Source of the DNA: Octopus sinensis
Taxonomy: Eukaryota
Direction: 5' to 3'
NCBI RefSeq assembly: GCF_006345805.1
Contig: NC_043007.1
Span: 57,784,001-57,848,000 of the forward strand
Length of the DNA stretch: 64,000 nucleotides
Below the pieces are notes generated by a model that did no database searches, was not told the DNA's origin, and was given only the letters and a program-made list of their open reading frames with translations. Of this stretch, positions 1-13,329 are shown piece after piece (position 1 is the first letter of the stretch; each line of letters begins with the position of its first letter). The position numbers were made by a program, and so were the translations under genes.

Positions 1-6
1 TATTAA

Positions 7-72
<66 letters not shown>

Positions 73-89
73 ATTTATGTATTTATGTT

Positions 90-120
<31 letters not shown>

Positions 121-688
121 TATATACATACATAGATACATACATACAAGATGGGGAAACTAACGAAATTTCAATGCTGCAAAAAGAACAGTCTAATCCA
201 CGCTTTAAAAGTGGGGCTGAATGCGTGACAGTAAACAAGCGATAAATACTGTAATGCTAATTGTTTTGCTCTCAATATATTTATAATTTCAATTTATTAA
301 GATCACCCGGCTACGCATGGTAGTCTGCGCTTATCCCTACTTCCCTCCATCAGCGTTTTTCTTAAGAAGTTTTGTATGTCTATTTATCGACTTAATGAAC
401 TCCTGTTGGACAGATGTGTGTGCGTATGTGTATTTATAAATACATATTATGTGTGTGTGTGTGTGGATGTGTGTCTTTTATATTTTGCAGTCATTGCGAC
501 TACGCTGAGGCACCACATTGAAGAATTTTAGTTAAACGAATCGAACCCAGTAATCATTTTTTAAAACTAGGTACTTATTTCGTCGTTCAGTTCTGCCAAA
601 CCGCTAGACAAAACATCAACATCAGTTTTTAAGTCGATGCACACATACGTACAATATATATATATATGCATATATATATATATATACA

Positions 689-915
689 CGAAGTTGTACT
701 GAAAAGTTCCTGATTTTGGGTAAAAGAAAATACACGCGGATCGTTTAATTATGATTTTATAAAACATATTCCCCTCTCGGATTCACACATTTATTGCAGC
801 GGTCCTTCAGTTTTTCTGGGCTCTGTTAAAGTACTTAGAAAATTGGAAGGTTAACCGTCCAACCAGCCCTTTCTCGCCACCTTTAAAGCCATGGACTTTT
901 CAGCACCCCCTCATG
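689..915. mobile_element. Mariner-derived MITE, decayed copy
   Basis: Ends resemble the TIR CGAGGGGGTGCTGAAAAGTTCC; internal sequence homologous to 19899-20099. Confidence 0.7.
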
Positions 916-1193
916 TATATATATGTATACATTTATACAGTGGGCTTCTTTTAGTTTCTGTTTCCCGAATCCATCCACAGGGCTTTCGTGTTCCGGTGGC
1001 TATAGTCGAAGACATTTACCCAAGGTGCCAAGCTAAACTAGCCAAGCATATTTCTGTTAGGGGACACTTCACCTGTAACGTTAATCTTGCCCACCCATTT
1101 TGTCTAACTCCAACCCACCAACACTCACATAATTACGCAGAAAATATTCTCTTAGAAAAATGCTACCCCATGTTCACTAACCACACACACACA

Positions 1194-1252
<59 letters not shown>

Positions 1253-1438
1253 GAGCATGTCTCTCTCTAGTCTAATTCCAAGAATGAAACTACTAGATAT
1301 CGTAAGCCTTTGAACTTCCTAATGCCCATAAAAAACACCTCTTTACATTTGTGTTGAGATTTTTCCTCTTTCTCAAGCTTCGGGTGAAATAAAATATATT
1401 TTGTCGAGCGCACGCTTGTTGATACGTACAAACACACG

Positions 1439-1469
<31 letters not shown>

Positions 1470-1626
1470 GGAGTGGCTATGTGGTAAGAAGCTTGCTTCC
1501 CAACCACATGGTTCTGGGTTCAGTCCCACTGTGTAGGACCTTTGGCAAATGTCTTCTGCTTACAGCCTCAGGCTGACTAAGGCCTTCTGGATGGACTTGG
1601 TAGACGGAAACAGAAAGAAACCAGTC

Positions 1627-1671
<45 letters not shown>

Positions 1672-1908
1672 TGTGTCTGTGTGTGTGTGTGTGTCTATTT
1701 GTGTATCTGTGTTCGTCCCTCTACCATCGCTTGACAACCGATGTTGGTGTGTTTGCGTCCCCGTAACTTAACGGTTCGGCAAACGAGAACGATAGAATAA
1801 GTTCTAAGCTTACAAAGAATAAGTCTTGGAGTCGATTTGGTCGACTAAAGGCGGTGCTCCAGCATGTCCGCAATCAAATGATTGAAACAAGTAGAAGAAT
1901 AAGATAAA
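1470..1908 (+). mobile_element. tRNA-derived SINE, family 1 (abundant octopus-type SINE)
   Basis: Pol III A/B-box-like head (GTGGCTATGTGGTAAG...GGTTCAGTCC), conserved body, internal (TG)n and tail GAAACAAGTAGAAG. Many homologous copies in the window. Confidence 0.85.
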
Positions 1909-3319
1909 GGAATATATATTTACATATATTTATGTACGTACGTAGGTAAATGTATGTGCATGTATCTTTCCATGTATATATGTATATATGTATGTATGTA
2001 TATGTATTGACTATGTACGTAGGAATGTATTTACCTATGCATTCACACACAAACTCGTACATTCATACAGACACTTATACACACCCTTACATTCGCTGAT
2101 ACGTGCATACAGGGAAACAAAGCTATTTCAACTTGCTTTCAAATAATAATGATTCCATAATAAACGCATAATGTCTCTTCATTATGCTGTTGTGTAACCA
2201 CATAACTTCACCTCAGATGAAACAAACCCAACATACACACACACACACACATACACAAACATGTGTGTGGCCAACTGAACTTGTGAAGTGGAAGCATGTG
2301 TATGGCATATTATAGCTCGATAGGTATGTGCACCAGCTCTGTGGCCATTTGGAAACACTGGGAGATAGCAACTGTTCGCCACTACAGCCTAGCAGCTTTG
2401 ATGTTTATTGAACTGCACTGAATTAGCTGTTCATCGTGTTCTTTTCGAGCTTTATATGATCAATGATTGACTAGAATTATCGGAAATCTCAGACTACAAA
2501 TGAATGGTTGGTCAAAACGACAGGAGAAGCTGATTCGTTGGAATGTGAAGATAATTAATATAGGATTACGACTTAGGCAGATGTAGGCCAATTTTCGTGG
2601 TGCGTGTGCGCGTGTGCGTTATAGTTGATTATAGGGAACACTGTCGGGATGTTTGTGATTTCAGAATGATAAAGAGGAATGTGGAGAGTAATGAGGGCTG
2701 ATTGAATCAGGAACATCAGAGAATCATGACATTCAGGCATTTGACGCCAAGCAATAATATTTATACGTAATAAAAGTTTCATTTGGGCCAGGCAGAATGG
2801 TTTTATGTTTTGTTAGAGGGCTCAATGGGAGCCTTGTGTTTTAAATATATTAACAGCAGCGCAGTGAAGTACATTTTCATAATCCGTTGGCAAAAATAGC
2901 CCAAATCCTTCGCGAGAACGAAATCGTTGACATTGAGTTACGGTCACCTTATTATAGGCCCCTGTCCCCCAGGAATGGGTCATTCGTTAGTTCTTTGGAT
3001 ACACTCAACGACACTACTGCTTACCAAATGCTACACACGCACATATATATATATATATATGCAAAGAACCATCTGCTATTCCATGTGAATCGACGTCACA
3101 TAAGAAACGCAATTAAGAGCACTGGCATCAAACAGCCTTATTTACCAATTTCTGTTGGAGTAATACCAATAGCATAGGCAGTACTCCACCATGCCCATAT
3201 CCTCCAGGGCTAAAACTAATAAAAGAATAAAGGTGTATATATATGTGTGTGTGTATGTTTGTGTGTATGTATGTTCGTAGGCATGTGTGTGTCATATATA
3301 GATTGATTTAATAACTTCC

Positions 3320-3341
3320 ATTTTTTTAATTTTATTTGCAG
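3320..3341 (+). promoter_or_regulatory. Putative 3' splice acceptor of a 5'-UTR intron of Fezf
   Basis: Polypyrimidine tract TTTTTTTAATTTTATTTGCAG ending at 3341, 92 nt before the ATG. The in-frame stop at 3389 lies downstream of it, so any upstream exon would be non-coding. Confidence 0.55.
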
Positions 3342-3433
3342 ATATTTCTATCTACTCAAGTGAGATTTTGCAAGAAACCAATCGAAATTGAAAAATATTT
3401 TCCTTCACAAACAAGCCAGAAAAGCTATTGAAA

Positions 3434-5458
3434 ATGTATGAAGAGAGTAGCAGCGGTCGAAGTATGGAGGGTAGCTTGCCTCGTTCGTCAGTATTGATCA
3501 AAAAGGAACTTCCAAGGCATATGCCTTCCAATAGAAACAGTGAAAACTCAAAAGCTGAACTGACATTTTCCATTGAGAAAATTATGGAATTTACGCCGTC
3601 CAAGCGGACTAATAAAGATCTATCTCCACAACAGCATTTACACAATAACCAACATAATAACAACAGTAACGTGTGTATCAACAACAATCATAGCAACAAC
3701 ATTAACTCTTCTAACAATAATCATAATGTTCACAATAACATCATTAACAACACCAATAATATCGTCAACAATAACAGCAACAACACTCTTAAGGTCAGTG
3801 GACACAATGGTTACAAAACTCAGTCGAAAAACATCGATTCGTTATGGGTTCCAACATCGGTGTTTAATCCGTCAATGCATGGATCTGCATACGCAAGTAT
3901 CTTCTTTAATACGGATCTCCAACGACGGGCAGGCTTAAACTTAATTAGTAATCCTTCAGATTATAGGGACCCAGTTATTTATGCACCTTACCTCCATCCA
4001 GCGTTTCCGTTACCTCGAAACGCTAACGTAAATGATTACCAGACACAAATACTTAGGCAATATCCCTTTTTATTTAATTCGAACTCCATCAGAAAAGACA
4101 GAAACCTGGAGACTCTCAATATGTTTAAAAATACAGGTTTTCAGGGATTACATCATAATGCATCCAGATATTCGTCAGCCATCGATAAAAATTTAATTGT
4201 TGACGTAGGAGGTTATGCCTGCAAAGATTCCATTATCGGCAGTGGTGTATCTGAGAATGGTATAAGCAGCGGGTGCTCCGTAAATAGTAACAGCATGAAT
4301 GGTAGTAGTGTATGGAAAAGTCCACAAAGTCTAACACCAAATGCACATTGCTCTTCGTCGCAAAGAAAATCTTTTATCGAAAATAGTAACGTTTATTCGG
4401 ATGCTTCTGCTCTTCCATTGGCTTTGACGCCGAACTCTACGAGTTCCAAGCAACATGAGAGCTTAAACAGTTCTTGTAACTCTAGTCAGCAGGGAGAAGA
4501 TGGAAGATCTAGTATTAAATCAACAATTGCCGTCGGTTCACCGGACTCAGCTTTGGTATCGCCGAATAATATTGCCAATACCAGCAACAGTTCTTCTCTG
4601 ATGGCAGGGCGATCTTTGGTAGCAAAGAAAAACAGTTTAAAGACACAGAAGACGTTCACGTGCCCTGAATGTGGCAAGATTTTCAATGCCCACTATAACC
4701 TAACACGTCACATGCCTGTGCACACTGGTGCTCGTCCATTCATATGTAAAGTATGTGGTAAAGGTTTTCGACAAGCCAGTACTCTGTGCCGTCATAAGAT
4801 TATACACACTTCGGAAAAACCACACAAATGCAACACTTGCGGGAAGGCCTTTAACCGGAGCTCCACGCTGAACACACACATGCGTATACACCAGGGTTAC
4901 AAGCCATTCGTCTGTGAGTACTGCGGTAAAGGGTTCCATCAGAAAGGTAACTATAAAAATCATAAATTGACACACAGCTCCGAAAAACAGTTCAAATGTT
5001 CTGTATGCAACAAGGCCTTTCACCAGATCTACAACCTCACTTTTCATATGCATACCCACAACGAAAAGAAACCGTTCACCTGCCAGATATGCGGTAAAGG
5101 GTTTTGTCGAAATTTCGACCTAAAGAAACATATGCGAAAATTACACGAAGGTGCTTCACTTCCATCTTCCGGTTCTTCGTTCGGCGGAAGACTAATCAGT
5201 CCACCCGGAAATGTTAGCGCTGGTTTGCATCACAGTTCGCATCCAAACTTAACAAATCCAGCACCAAACACAAGCAGTATGCTAGCAGCAGCAGCTGCAC
5301 AATCCTCTCTTTCAAACCAAGCTGCAGCGGTGTTCTTTTCACGGCCGACAGCTCTTCTTTCACAGAATCCTTTGACGTGTCATCGTTCTTTGCTCTCGCC
5401 TCTCGTCCTTAATTCCTCAGCCACCAGTCTATTACACAAAATATCTTCTATGATATAA
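3434..5458 (+). CDS. Fezf: Fez-family zinc-finger transcription factor (Fezf1/2, earmuff ortholog), single coding exon
   Basis: eh1 Groucho-binding motif LTFSIEKIM (3560-3586). Six C2H2 fingers at 4655-5146 with the Fez-diagnostic sequence [27 protein letters not shown]...[14 protein letters not shown]. First ATG is 3434 (the ORF track starts at TTG 3428); an alternative ATG is at 3464. In-frame TGA upstream at 3389-3391; stop TAA 5456-5458. Confidence 0.96.
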   Translation: MYEESSSGRSMEGSLPRSSVLIKKELPRHMPSNRNSENSKAELTFSIEKIMEFTPSKRTNKDLSPQQHLHNNQHNNNSNVCINNNHSNNINSSNNNHNVHNNIINNTNNIVNNNSNNTLKVSGHNGYKTQSKNIDSLWVPTSVFNPSMHGSAYASIFFNTDLQRRAGLNLISNPSDYRDPVIYAPYLHPAFPLPRNANVNDYQTQILRQYPFLFNSNSIRKDRNLETLNMFKNTGFQGLHHNASRYSSAIDKNLIVDVGGYACKDSIIGSGVSENGISSGCSVNSNSMNGSSVWKSPQSLTPNAHCSSSQRKSFIENSNVYSDASALPLALTPNSTSSKQHESLNSSCNSSQQGEDGRSSIKSTIAVGSPDSALVSPNNIANTSNSSSLMAGRSLVAKKNSLKTQKTFTCPECGKIFNAHYNLTRHMPVHTGARPFICKVCGKGFRQASTLCRHKIIHTSEKPHKCNTCGKAFNRSSTLNTHMRIHQGYKPFVCEYCGKGFHQKGNYKNHKLTHSSEKQFKCSVCNKAFHQIYNLTFHMHTHNEKKPFTCQICGKGFCRNFDLKKHMRKLHEGASLPSSGSSFGGRLISPPGNVSAGLHHSSHPNLTNPAPNTSSMLAAAAAQSSLSNQAAAVFFSRPTALLSQNPLTCHRSLLSPLVLNSSATSLLHKISSMI

Positions 5459-6304
5459 TTAAACTCTCTTAGTTTGTTGGAAGTTTTTCTATGTTTTTTT
5501 AAATTATGTACTTTAAATTTTCCAGCATTTCAGTCCGTGAGTAATTAATTTAAAAGAAAAAAAAAAGACAAAGATAAATTAAATAACAAAAACAAAAACA
5601 AATGATGGATGTAAAAAAAAAACTATTTTCAAACATTTTGAAAACAATTACAACAATAATAATAATAACAATAATGACCATTACAAAAACTCTCCCCCAA
5701 AACACAAATGCAGAAGCAACATCAATATGGCAGTGAAATGAGAGAAACAGAAATAAAATACAAAGATATGCTGATTCATAATAATAACTGAAAGAAGTAA
5801 CTGTAGCAGTAGTAGTAGTAGTAGTTGTAGTAGTAGTAATTGCAGTAGAAGTGGTAGTACTATTAGTAGAAGACGAGGAAGAAGAGTGCACGGAAGGCAA
5901 GTAAAGGGGAAATAGAAAAACAAAAAGCGAAGAACAGAAGAATAACAAGTACAAAAGAATGAAGAGAAAAGTGGAAGGTGAGATAAAAATACGTTAGAAA
6001 GAGCAGCACACAGACTGCAGGTATTTCCAAGAACGAAATATTGCCGTCGACGACTTTATATATGTTGCTCAAAATACACTTGTGATTGCTTAACATGGTA
6101 CTCTTATATTACGTATTGGGGAAGAGTAAGAATTCTCCGGTCACACTGGCATTCGTTATATGCAATAACAGCCATAGCGATCACAATGATAACGATGATG
6201 GTGATAGTGGTGATGGTGGTGGTGGAGGAGGAGGAGGAGGAGCAAAGGAAGAAAATAAGGGAAGGAAGAGGATGGAAAGGAGGACAACGAGTAGAACACT
6301 GATA

Positions 6305-6411
<107 letters not shown>

Positions 6412-6666
6412 GATTTCAGCAATGAGGAATACTAAAACGATCATCGTCGACATCATTATCATCATCATCATCTTCACCGTCGTCGTCGTCGTCGTCGCCA
6501 TCATCATCATCATCATCATCACAGTTATCATGACGTAGGCAGGAGACACGACAGAAGTAAGACAGAACAAAGAAACAGGCTGTTGATGGTGATGAAGGTG
6601 ATGACAGGGAGAGGTAAACAAAAACCATGCGATACGAGAACCTACTACTACTAACTACTACTACTA

Positions 6667-6702
<36 letters not shown>

Positions 6703-6973
6703 ACTACTACTACTACAGTTACTGCCACAATGAAATGTGGCTCAAATATCATTGACAGTAAAGATGTGTGTAAAATTCTGTATACAAATATTATAAATAT
6801 ATAAATATATATATAAATATGGTATAAATGATTGGTTGAACATACTATCATGTTTTTATTATTATTTTTCTAATACTTTTGAGTTCATTACCATTACTTA
6901 CTGTTTCATATATATACACATACATGTGTACATACATACACACACACACACACACAGATATATCTGTATATAT

Positions 6974-7010
<37 letters not shown>

Positions 7011-7170
7011 TCCACACGTGAAGCAGTTAATCCAGACTCGTTTTACTTTTCTTTCTCTCTTTCTTTATTTCTTTCTATCCAAGAGCGTAAGCGCCAAACG
7101 TCAGATACTTTTCCATTTTCCCTGCGCGTCAAATATACCTTTGTTGATCCTTTACAAAGATGTATGTATA

Positions 7171-7209
<39 letters not shown>

Positions 7210-7693
7210 AGATGGAGGATCTCTACGTGGACATCCATTATGCCAGAAGTAGATCCGCTATGGTCTTACCAATAAAAAGGAATGTTCTCAAGAAAATTTA
7301 GCGAACACCCAGACGTAAGCGAGCAAGGCAAATGAAAAGATACAAAATATAGATTAATCATAAACTAATTTCGCTATTAACACTTACACAAAATTACTTA
7401 CGTAATTGTCCGCAGCTCTTCAGTATGATCGTCATTGAAAATATAATTTGGAGAACTATAGACGAAACGTCTGCATGAGATTGAATATGTATACAGTTCT
7501 ACCAATTACACTTGGGGTTATCTTTCAAAAGTCTTCGTTTTATATGTATGTAATATAATGTTTCTGAATCTTCAGATTTTAATATGCTAGACCACTGGTT
7601 TTAAATTGATATTAATCAAATTAATATTCAATTTTTCACCCTTATTATTTTAAATTTACATATATGTTTAAATATATATAAATATATATATAT

Positions 7694-8110
7694 AGGCGTA
7701 GGCGTGGCAATGTAGTAAGAAGCTTTCTTCTCCAGTGCATGGTTCTGGGTTCAGCCCCACTGCGTGCTACCGTAGACAAGTGTCGTATATAATAGCTTCT
7801 AGTATAGCTTCCGACCAAAGCCTTGTGAGTGGATTTGGTAGACGGAAACTGAAACAAGCCCGTCGTAATTATGCATGTATGTATATATATGTATATGTGC
7901 CTTTGTGTCTGTGTTTCCCCCTTTCCATCACCGCTTGATAACTGATGTTGGTGTGGTTGTGTCCCCGTAACTTAGCGGTTCGGTAAAAGAAAGACTGATA
8001 GAATAAGTACCACTTCTTAAAATAAAAAAATGTACTGGGTTTATTTGACTAAAATTTCAAGGCGGTGCACCAGCATGGCCGCATAATAGAAACTGAAACA
8101 AGATAAAAGA
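7694..8110 (+). mobile_element. SINE family 1 copy
   Basis: Colinear homology to 1470-1908 and 29910-30315. Confidence 0.8.
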
Positions 8111-8361
8111 TATATATATATATATATATATAGTGGTAAGAAACTTACTTCCCAACAATATGGTTCTGGGTTCAGTCCCACTGCCTGGTACCTTGGGCAA
8201 GTGTCTTCTACTGTAGCTGTAAGTCGATTGTATCGACCCCGAAAGAATAATAGCAAAAGTCGACGACGTTGGAATATGAAGTCAGATTTTTGTCTGGCGT
8301 GGTGTTGAACTATTCTGCCAGATCACCGCTACCTATAATATGCGTGTGTGTGTGTGTGTGC

Positions 8362-8666
8362 TCTTTTATTTACATTATATACATTTGACAGATATTTGTC
8401 CTCATCTTGTTTGTTGTTAACACAACGTTTCGGCTGATATACCCTCCAGCCTTCAGGTGTCTTGGAGAAATTTCAAACTTGGGTTCTCATTCCTAAGGTA
8501 TTTTTTAATGTTATTATTATTATTATTATTTTATTATTATTATTATCATCATTATTATCATTATTATTATTATTATTATTACTATTATTATTCAGGTCAC
8601 TGCCTGGAATTGAACTCAGAATCTTGGGGTCAGTAGCATGCGCTCTTAACCACTACGCCATATGCC
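8362..8666 (-). mobile_element. tRNA-headed element with (AAT)n spacer and hammerhead-like tail
   Basis: Minus strand: tRNA-like head 8666-8591 (A box TGGCGTAGTGG, B box GTTCAATTCC), then (AAT)n, then GACAC-CTGAA-GGCTG..CAGCC-GAA-ACGT-T-GTGTT at 8461-8419. Confidence 0.65.
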
Positions 8667-8739
8667 ATAAATCTCATAATTCAGGCTTTGCAACTTTTAG
8701 ACCGTAGCTTGAGGAGTGTGAGGACGTGCATTGTCGTGC

Positions 8740-9430
8740 AGGAGAATTGGGTCATCTCTATTCACTAGTCTGGGCTGCTTCTTTTTCAAATTCTCATGCA
8801 TACAATCAATTTCCTGGCAATACGATGTTGCTGTTACCGTTTTTCTTTGTTGCAAAAATTAATAATGAATAACTGCCTTCGCAGACTTTTTTAGGGTGCA
8901 ATGAAGGATTTGGGTTGTGTTTAGGTGACATTCCTGCATCTAATCACTGTCCTGTTCTCCTGCTGTTGTCAAAGAGTATCCATTTCTCATCACAATTAAT
9001 GATTTGATGCAAAAATGGTCTTTTTCCAGTGGAGAAAGCAATAAGGAGCACACTTCGAGGCGTCTATTTTTTTAAATCACTTTCGGTTGATGTGGAACAG
9101 ACCTATCCATTTTCTTGATTTTTTCCAATGTTTTACTGGTGTCCTGAAACAGTTGTGCGAGAAGTTTGGAGTTCTGATGAAAGTTTTCGAGCGTTTGTTC
9201 TCGGATTTTATTCAACCAAAGCATTTAATCCATCGACCAGAATAACTGGTTTGGGCCTACCCCTTAGTTTATTTTCAAGTCTATCATCCCCTGAACGAGT
9301 GCTTTGGAATCATTTCTGAACAGTTCTGATGTCAACAAAACCATTCCGTAGCGCTTCTGCGGCAGAGTGACCCAGTTTGTACTCATACGAGAAAATCACT
9401 TAACATAGTTTGGCTGTTATCATTTTCATT
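8740..9430 (-). mobile_element. Degenerate mariner (DD34D) transposase relic
   Basis: Minus-strand translation contains YEYKLGHSAAEA, RGRPK, VPHQ and CDEKWILFDN motifs, broken by stops and frameshifts. Confidence 0.8.
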
Positions 9431-9649
9431 TCTTCTCATCAGAGAAAAGAACCCTGGTCCATTCGTAATCCCACATCTGATGCTGCCAACCAAACACTAA
9501 TCTAACAGCTTGGTGGGAAGGGACAATAACGTACACCCTAGCCGCTTCTTCAAGGTGGAAACTATGATTTAAAATCATATTCCTGCTTGGAAACGGAATA
9601 GCAGCGTGACTTCTTCGGAACTCGACAGTGGCCCCTCTTTATCCCTTTC

Positions 9650-9990
9650 TCATGCAACCTTGGGACTTCCACAAGCATGAACCCTGTTGTAGTTGTCAGG
9701 ACCTTTCAGAAAATTCTCCACAGACTTTCTGCCTCGCCGAATTTTCTCAGTAATTTTCCGGTTACTCATTCCTTCCACAGTCAGTGCAAGAATTTTCCCA
9801 CGTTCAACATCAGATAACTTCTTAACTTTAAGCATACTGGAGTCGAGTATTTTCTGAAACAAAGCAGAAAAAATCAAGATGTATTAGTGGCTTTATAGTT
9901 TTAAAGTGTTGATATGCTAGGGAAAACTGGAAAATGGGGTGGTGTAATGTTTAAAGTATTCACAAAATGCCTATTTGCAATATGTTATGC
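9650..9990 (-). mobile_element. Tc1/Tc3-like transposase N-terminal HTH fragment
   Basis: ORF 9650-9877: KKLSDVERGKILAL..EGMSNRKITEKIRRGRKSVENFLKGPDNY resembles the paired-like DNA-binding domain of Tc3-type transposases. Confidence 0.7.
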
Positions 9991-10066
9991 CCACTAGGCC
10001 ACTTGAATACGAGGTAAATTTGAAAATAACTTTTTTTTTAAATTAGCTTTATATATTTGAATAGTA

Positions 10067-10112
<46 letters not shown>

Positions 10113-10257
10113 TATATATATATAATATATATACACATACAAATAGATAGGTAGCTAGAGAGATAGATATAACGATAGAAATAGAGAGAGAGAGAGTTTG
10201 CATACATATATGTGTAGTAGATATATGTCAATACACACATACACATATGTGTGTATG

Positions 10258-10288
<31 letters not shown>

Positions 10289-11022
10289 ACTGTATATATA
10301 TATATATATAATATATATATATATATTAAATTAAATGAGGGTGAGGTAATTTGATATTTATTTAATTAATATCAATTTCACACCAGTGGTCTAGCATATA
10401 AAAAACTAAAGATATATGTGTATATCTCTCTCTATATATATATATACATATGTTTATGTATATATCTATATATGCATATATATATATATTTATGTATATA
10501 TTTGTGTGTGTTTGTGTGTGTATGTGTCTTTGTGTCTGTGTTTGTCCCCACCACAGCTTGACAACCGATGTTTGTTTCATTACGTCTCCCTTACTTTGGG
10601 AGACGTAATGACGGAAGCAAGTAAAAGATAAACGATAAATGATACCACAAACTTCAATCTGGACTATATGCCAAATGCAAAATGGCGGCTATGATAAACG
10701 TTGTTCAAATATATTACTGCTATTCATTACATATTATATTGTTTTTCTCATATATTCTTATTTTTTTCTTTATTTTATTTTATTCAATGTATGTTTTATA
10801 CTTATTTTAAATGAACAAATGAGAAAGAATATCATGCTGGAGCATGGCCTTAGTTATGACTGCTAAACTTAACTCAAGGACTAAAGAATATACGAGCCAA
10901 TGATGTATGTTAGCAGAAAGAACCCAATAAGTAGGGGACGAAAATACACTACGAGATACTTCAGAGAAGACTGAATAGTCACGACTGAAGCCTACTTGAT
11001 AAGGGTTCACTTATTATTATTA

Positions 11023-11410
11023 AGGCGGCGAGCTGGCAGAATATTTAGCACGCCGGGCTTAGCTGGCAGAATATTTAGCACGCCGGGCTTAGCGGTATTT
11101 CGTCCGTCCTTTCGTTTTGAGTTCAAATTAATTCCGCTGAGGTCCACTTTGCCTTTCTTCCTTTCGAGGTCGATAAATCAAGTACCAGTGAATCAAGTAA
11201 CAGTGAAATACAGGGGTCGATGTAATCGTCTAGTCCCCTCCCTTAAAATTTCGGGCTTTGTACATGAGTTCAAATTCCGCCGAGATCGATTTTTACCTTT
11301 CATCCTTTCCGGGTCGATAAAAATAAGTACCAGTTGAGCAGTGAGATCGATGTAATCGACTCATCTCCTCACAAAAAAAAAAAAATGCTGTCCTTGTAGC
11401 AAAATTTTAA
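11023..11410 (+). mobile_element. tRNA-derived SINE, family 2, with internal duplications
   Basis: GGCGGCGAGCTGGCAGAA head (a 30-bp segment is duplicated), GAGTTCAAAT B-box, body GTCGATAAAATAAGTACCAG repeated twice. Homologs on the minus strand at 62955-63375. Confidence 0.75.
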
Positions 11411-11417
11411 ACCATTA

Positions 11418-11458
<41 letters not shown>

Positions 11459-11950
11459 GAGTGAGAGAGCAGTTCATGCCATCAAAGTGACACTGGGGTA
11501 AAATATACGAAGCCCAATATACTCATCATGACTACCCGTCTGATAAGGGTACACCAGGCACATGCATCACAACCATATGTGCGCGACATGGTGATCTCAT
11601 ATTAAGATAAACAGCACATGACCTTGCAGTTGAGGCCCAGTTAGAATTTTCTTCAGGTTGAGTAGCCCATCCCGCTCAAAGGTCCCTGAATAAGGGTTGT
11701 TTAAGGATGTTGAAAGAACCACCCATGTTTCCAGAGGTGAATTATTCAAACCCCAAAACATCCCTCTCAGCACATGGCTATGATGCTCCCCCACTACTTC
11801 TGCTCGTGATCAGAGATGCATATATCGTCAGCCACTAAGGGACATGCTCAACTGGTTAAGGTCAAACAACTGACAAGCAAATCTGTGGTATTGAGCAGAA
11901 TATTTGCTGTAGCCCATCTTTTCTTTTGAGCAGAATATTTGCTGTAGCCC
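11459..11950. repeat. Unclassified ~490-bp interspersed-repeat-like sequence embedded in (TTA)n
   Basis: Non-coding, bounded on both sides by (TTA)n, with a ~25-bp terminal duplication (GAGCAGAATATTTGCTGTAGCCC). Single copy in this window, so repeat status rests on recognition. Confidence 0.45.
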
Positions 11951-11968
11951 ATTTTATTATTATTATTA

Positions 11969-12044
<76 letters not shown>

Positions 12045-12054
12045 CATTATCATG

Positions 12055-12462
12055 TGATGAAACCTCACAGCTTATTTTGCTGTGATGGAAAGTGTCAGCT
12101 TTCCACAGCCAGCAGACTAAGGTGACACTTGATAACTGGGCATGCTTCGAGAACCCTGCAAGAATTCTTGCATTTCCAAGCAATGCTGATTTTTGTAGGT
12201 GTTCTACCTTCACACTTGCACCGATCTTTTCCAGCTATGCTGGTAGTTGAGTGCTGATATTTCCAGGTGTACCAATTACTATTAGTATCACATCTACTCT
12301 CTTCATTGACCACAGCCTTCGTATTTCCCACATCAAATCGTCGTAGTTGTTTATTTTTTCTTCTTTCACATTGATCCTGTTGTCACCGGGGCATGCTATG
12401 TCGATTCTGGGCAGCAAAAACAGATTTATTGTCTGATACCCAGATAAATGAAGCTGTACCAA
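12055..12462 (-). mobile_element. R4/Dong-clade non-LTR retrotransposon 3' fragment (restriction-like endonuclease)
   Basis: IDIACPGDNRINVKEEKINNYDDLMWEIRRLW..VIGTPG and LQKSALLGNARIL match the RLE C-terminus. The 3' end runs into (AAT)n, the known Dong-type target. Confidence 0.85.
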
Positions 12463-12878
12463 ACTAAATCGAGTACGTTGATTCCGAATTTGAACTCAGA
12501 ATTGCTGTAGCACGACAGGATCATTAGTTATGCATATATTTATATATTAATACTATATTAGAATAGTTAAGTTCAAGGTAAATGATAATTATAATAGTAT
12601 ATTAGAACCGTATATAGTAAATTTATGTTCAAGGTAAATAGCATTATAATATAATGGTACATAGTATATTTAGATAAGGGAATACTCACTTTATTTTTAT
12701 ATGCTCAACTCAGAAATGTTTGAGAAACTTGCTCTTGCGCTTATGCATCGTATGTGTGTTTAATATTATTATAGTTTACAATTATAGCATGCGTAAATAA
12801 ATACTATAAGGTAAAAAATATTAATATATATATACATATATACTGTATATACATATATATTTGCATATATATAATATA

Positions 12879-12944
<66 letters not shown>

Positions 12945-13016
12945 CATACACATACATATATAATATATATATATATATATATAAAGGCAAAATTAATAGA
13001 GATCATATATATATAT

Positions 13017-13120
<104 letters not shown>

Positions 13121-13190
13121 CACATACATACATATATAATATATATATATATATATAAAGGCAAAATTAATAGAGATCATATATATATAT

Positions 13191-13294
<104 letters not shown>

Positions 13295-13329
13295 CACATA
13301 CATACATATATAATATATTATATATATAT

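Noticed and set aside
7065-7110. Remnant GAGC-GTAA-GCGC-CAAACGTC hammerhead (similar decayed motif at 50385-50424)
   Set aside because: Both core segments are mutated; not counted as a ribozyme.
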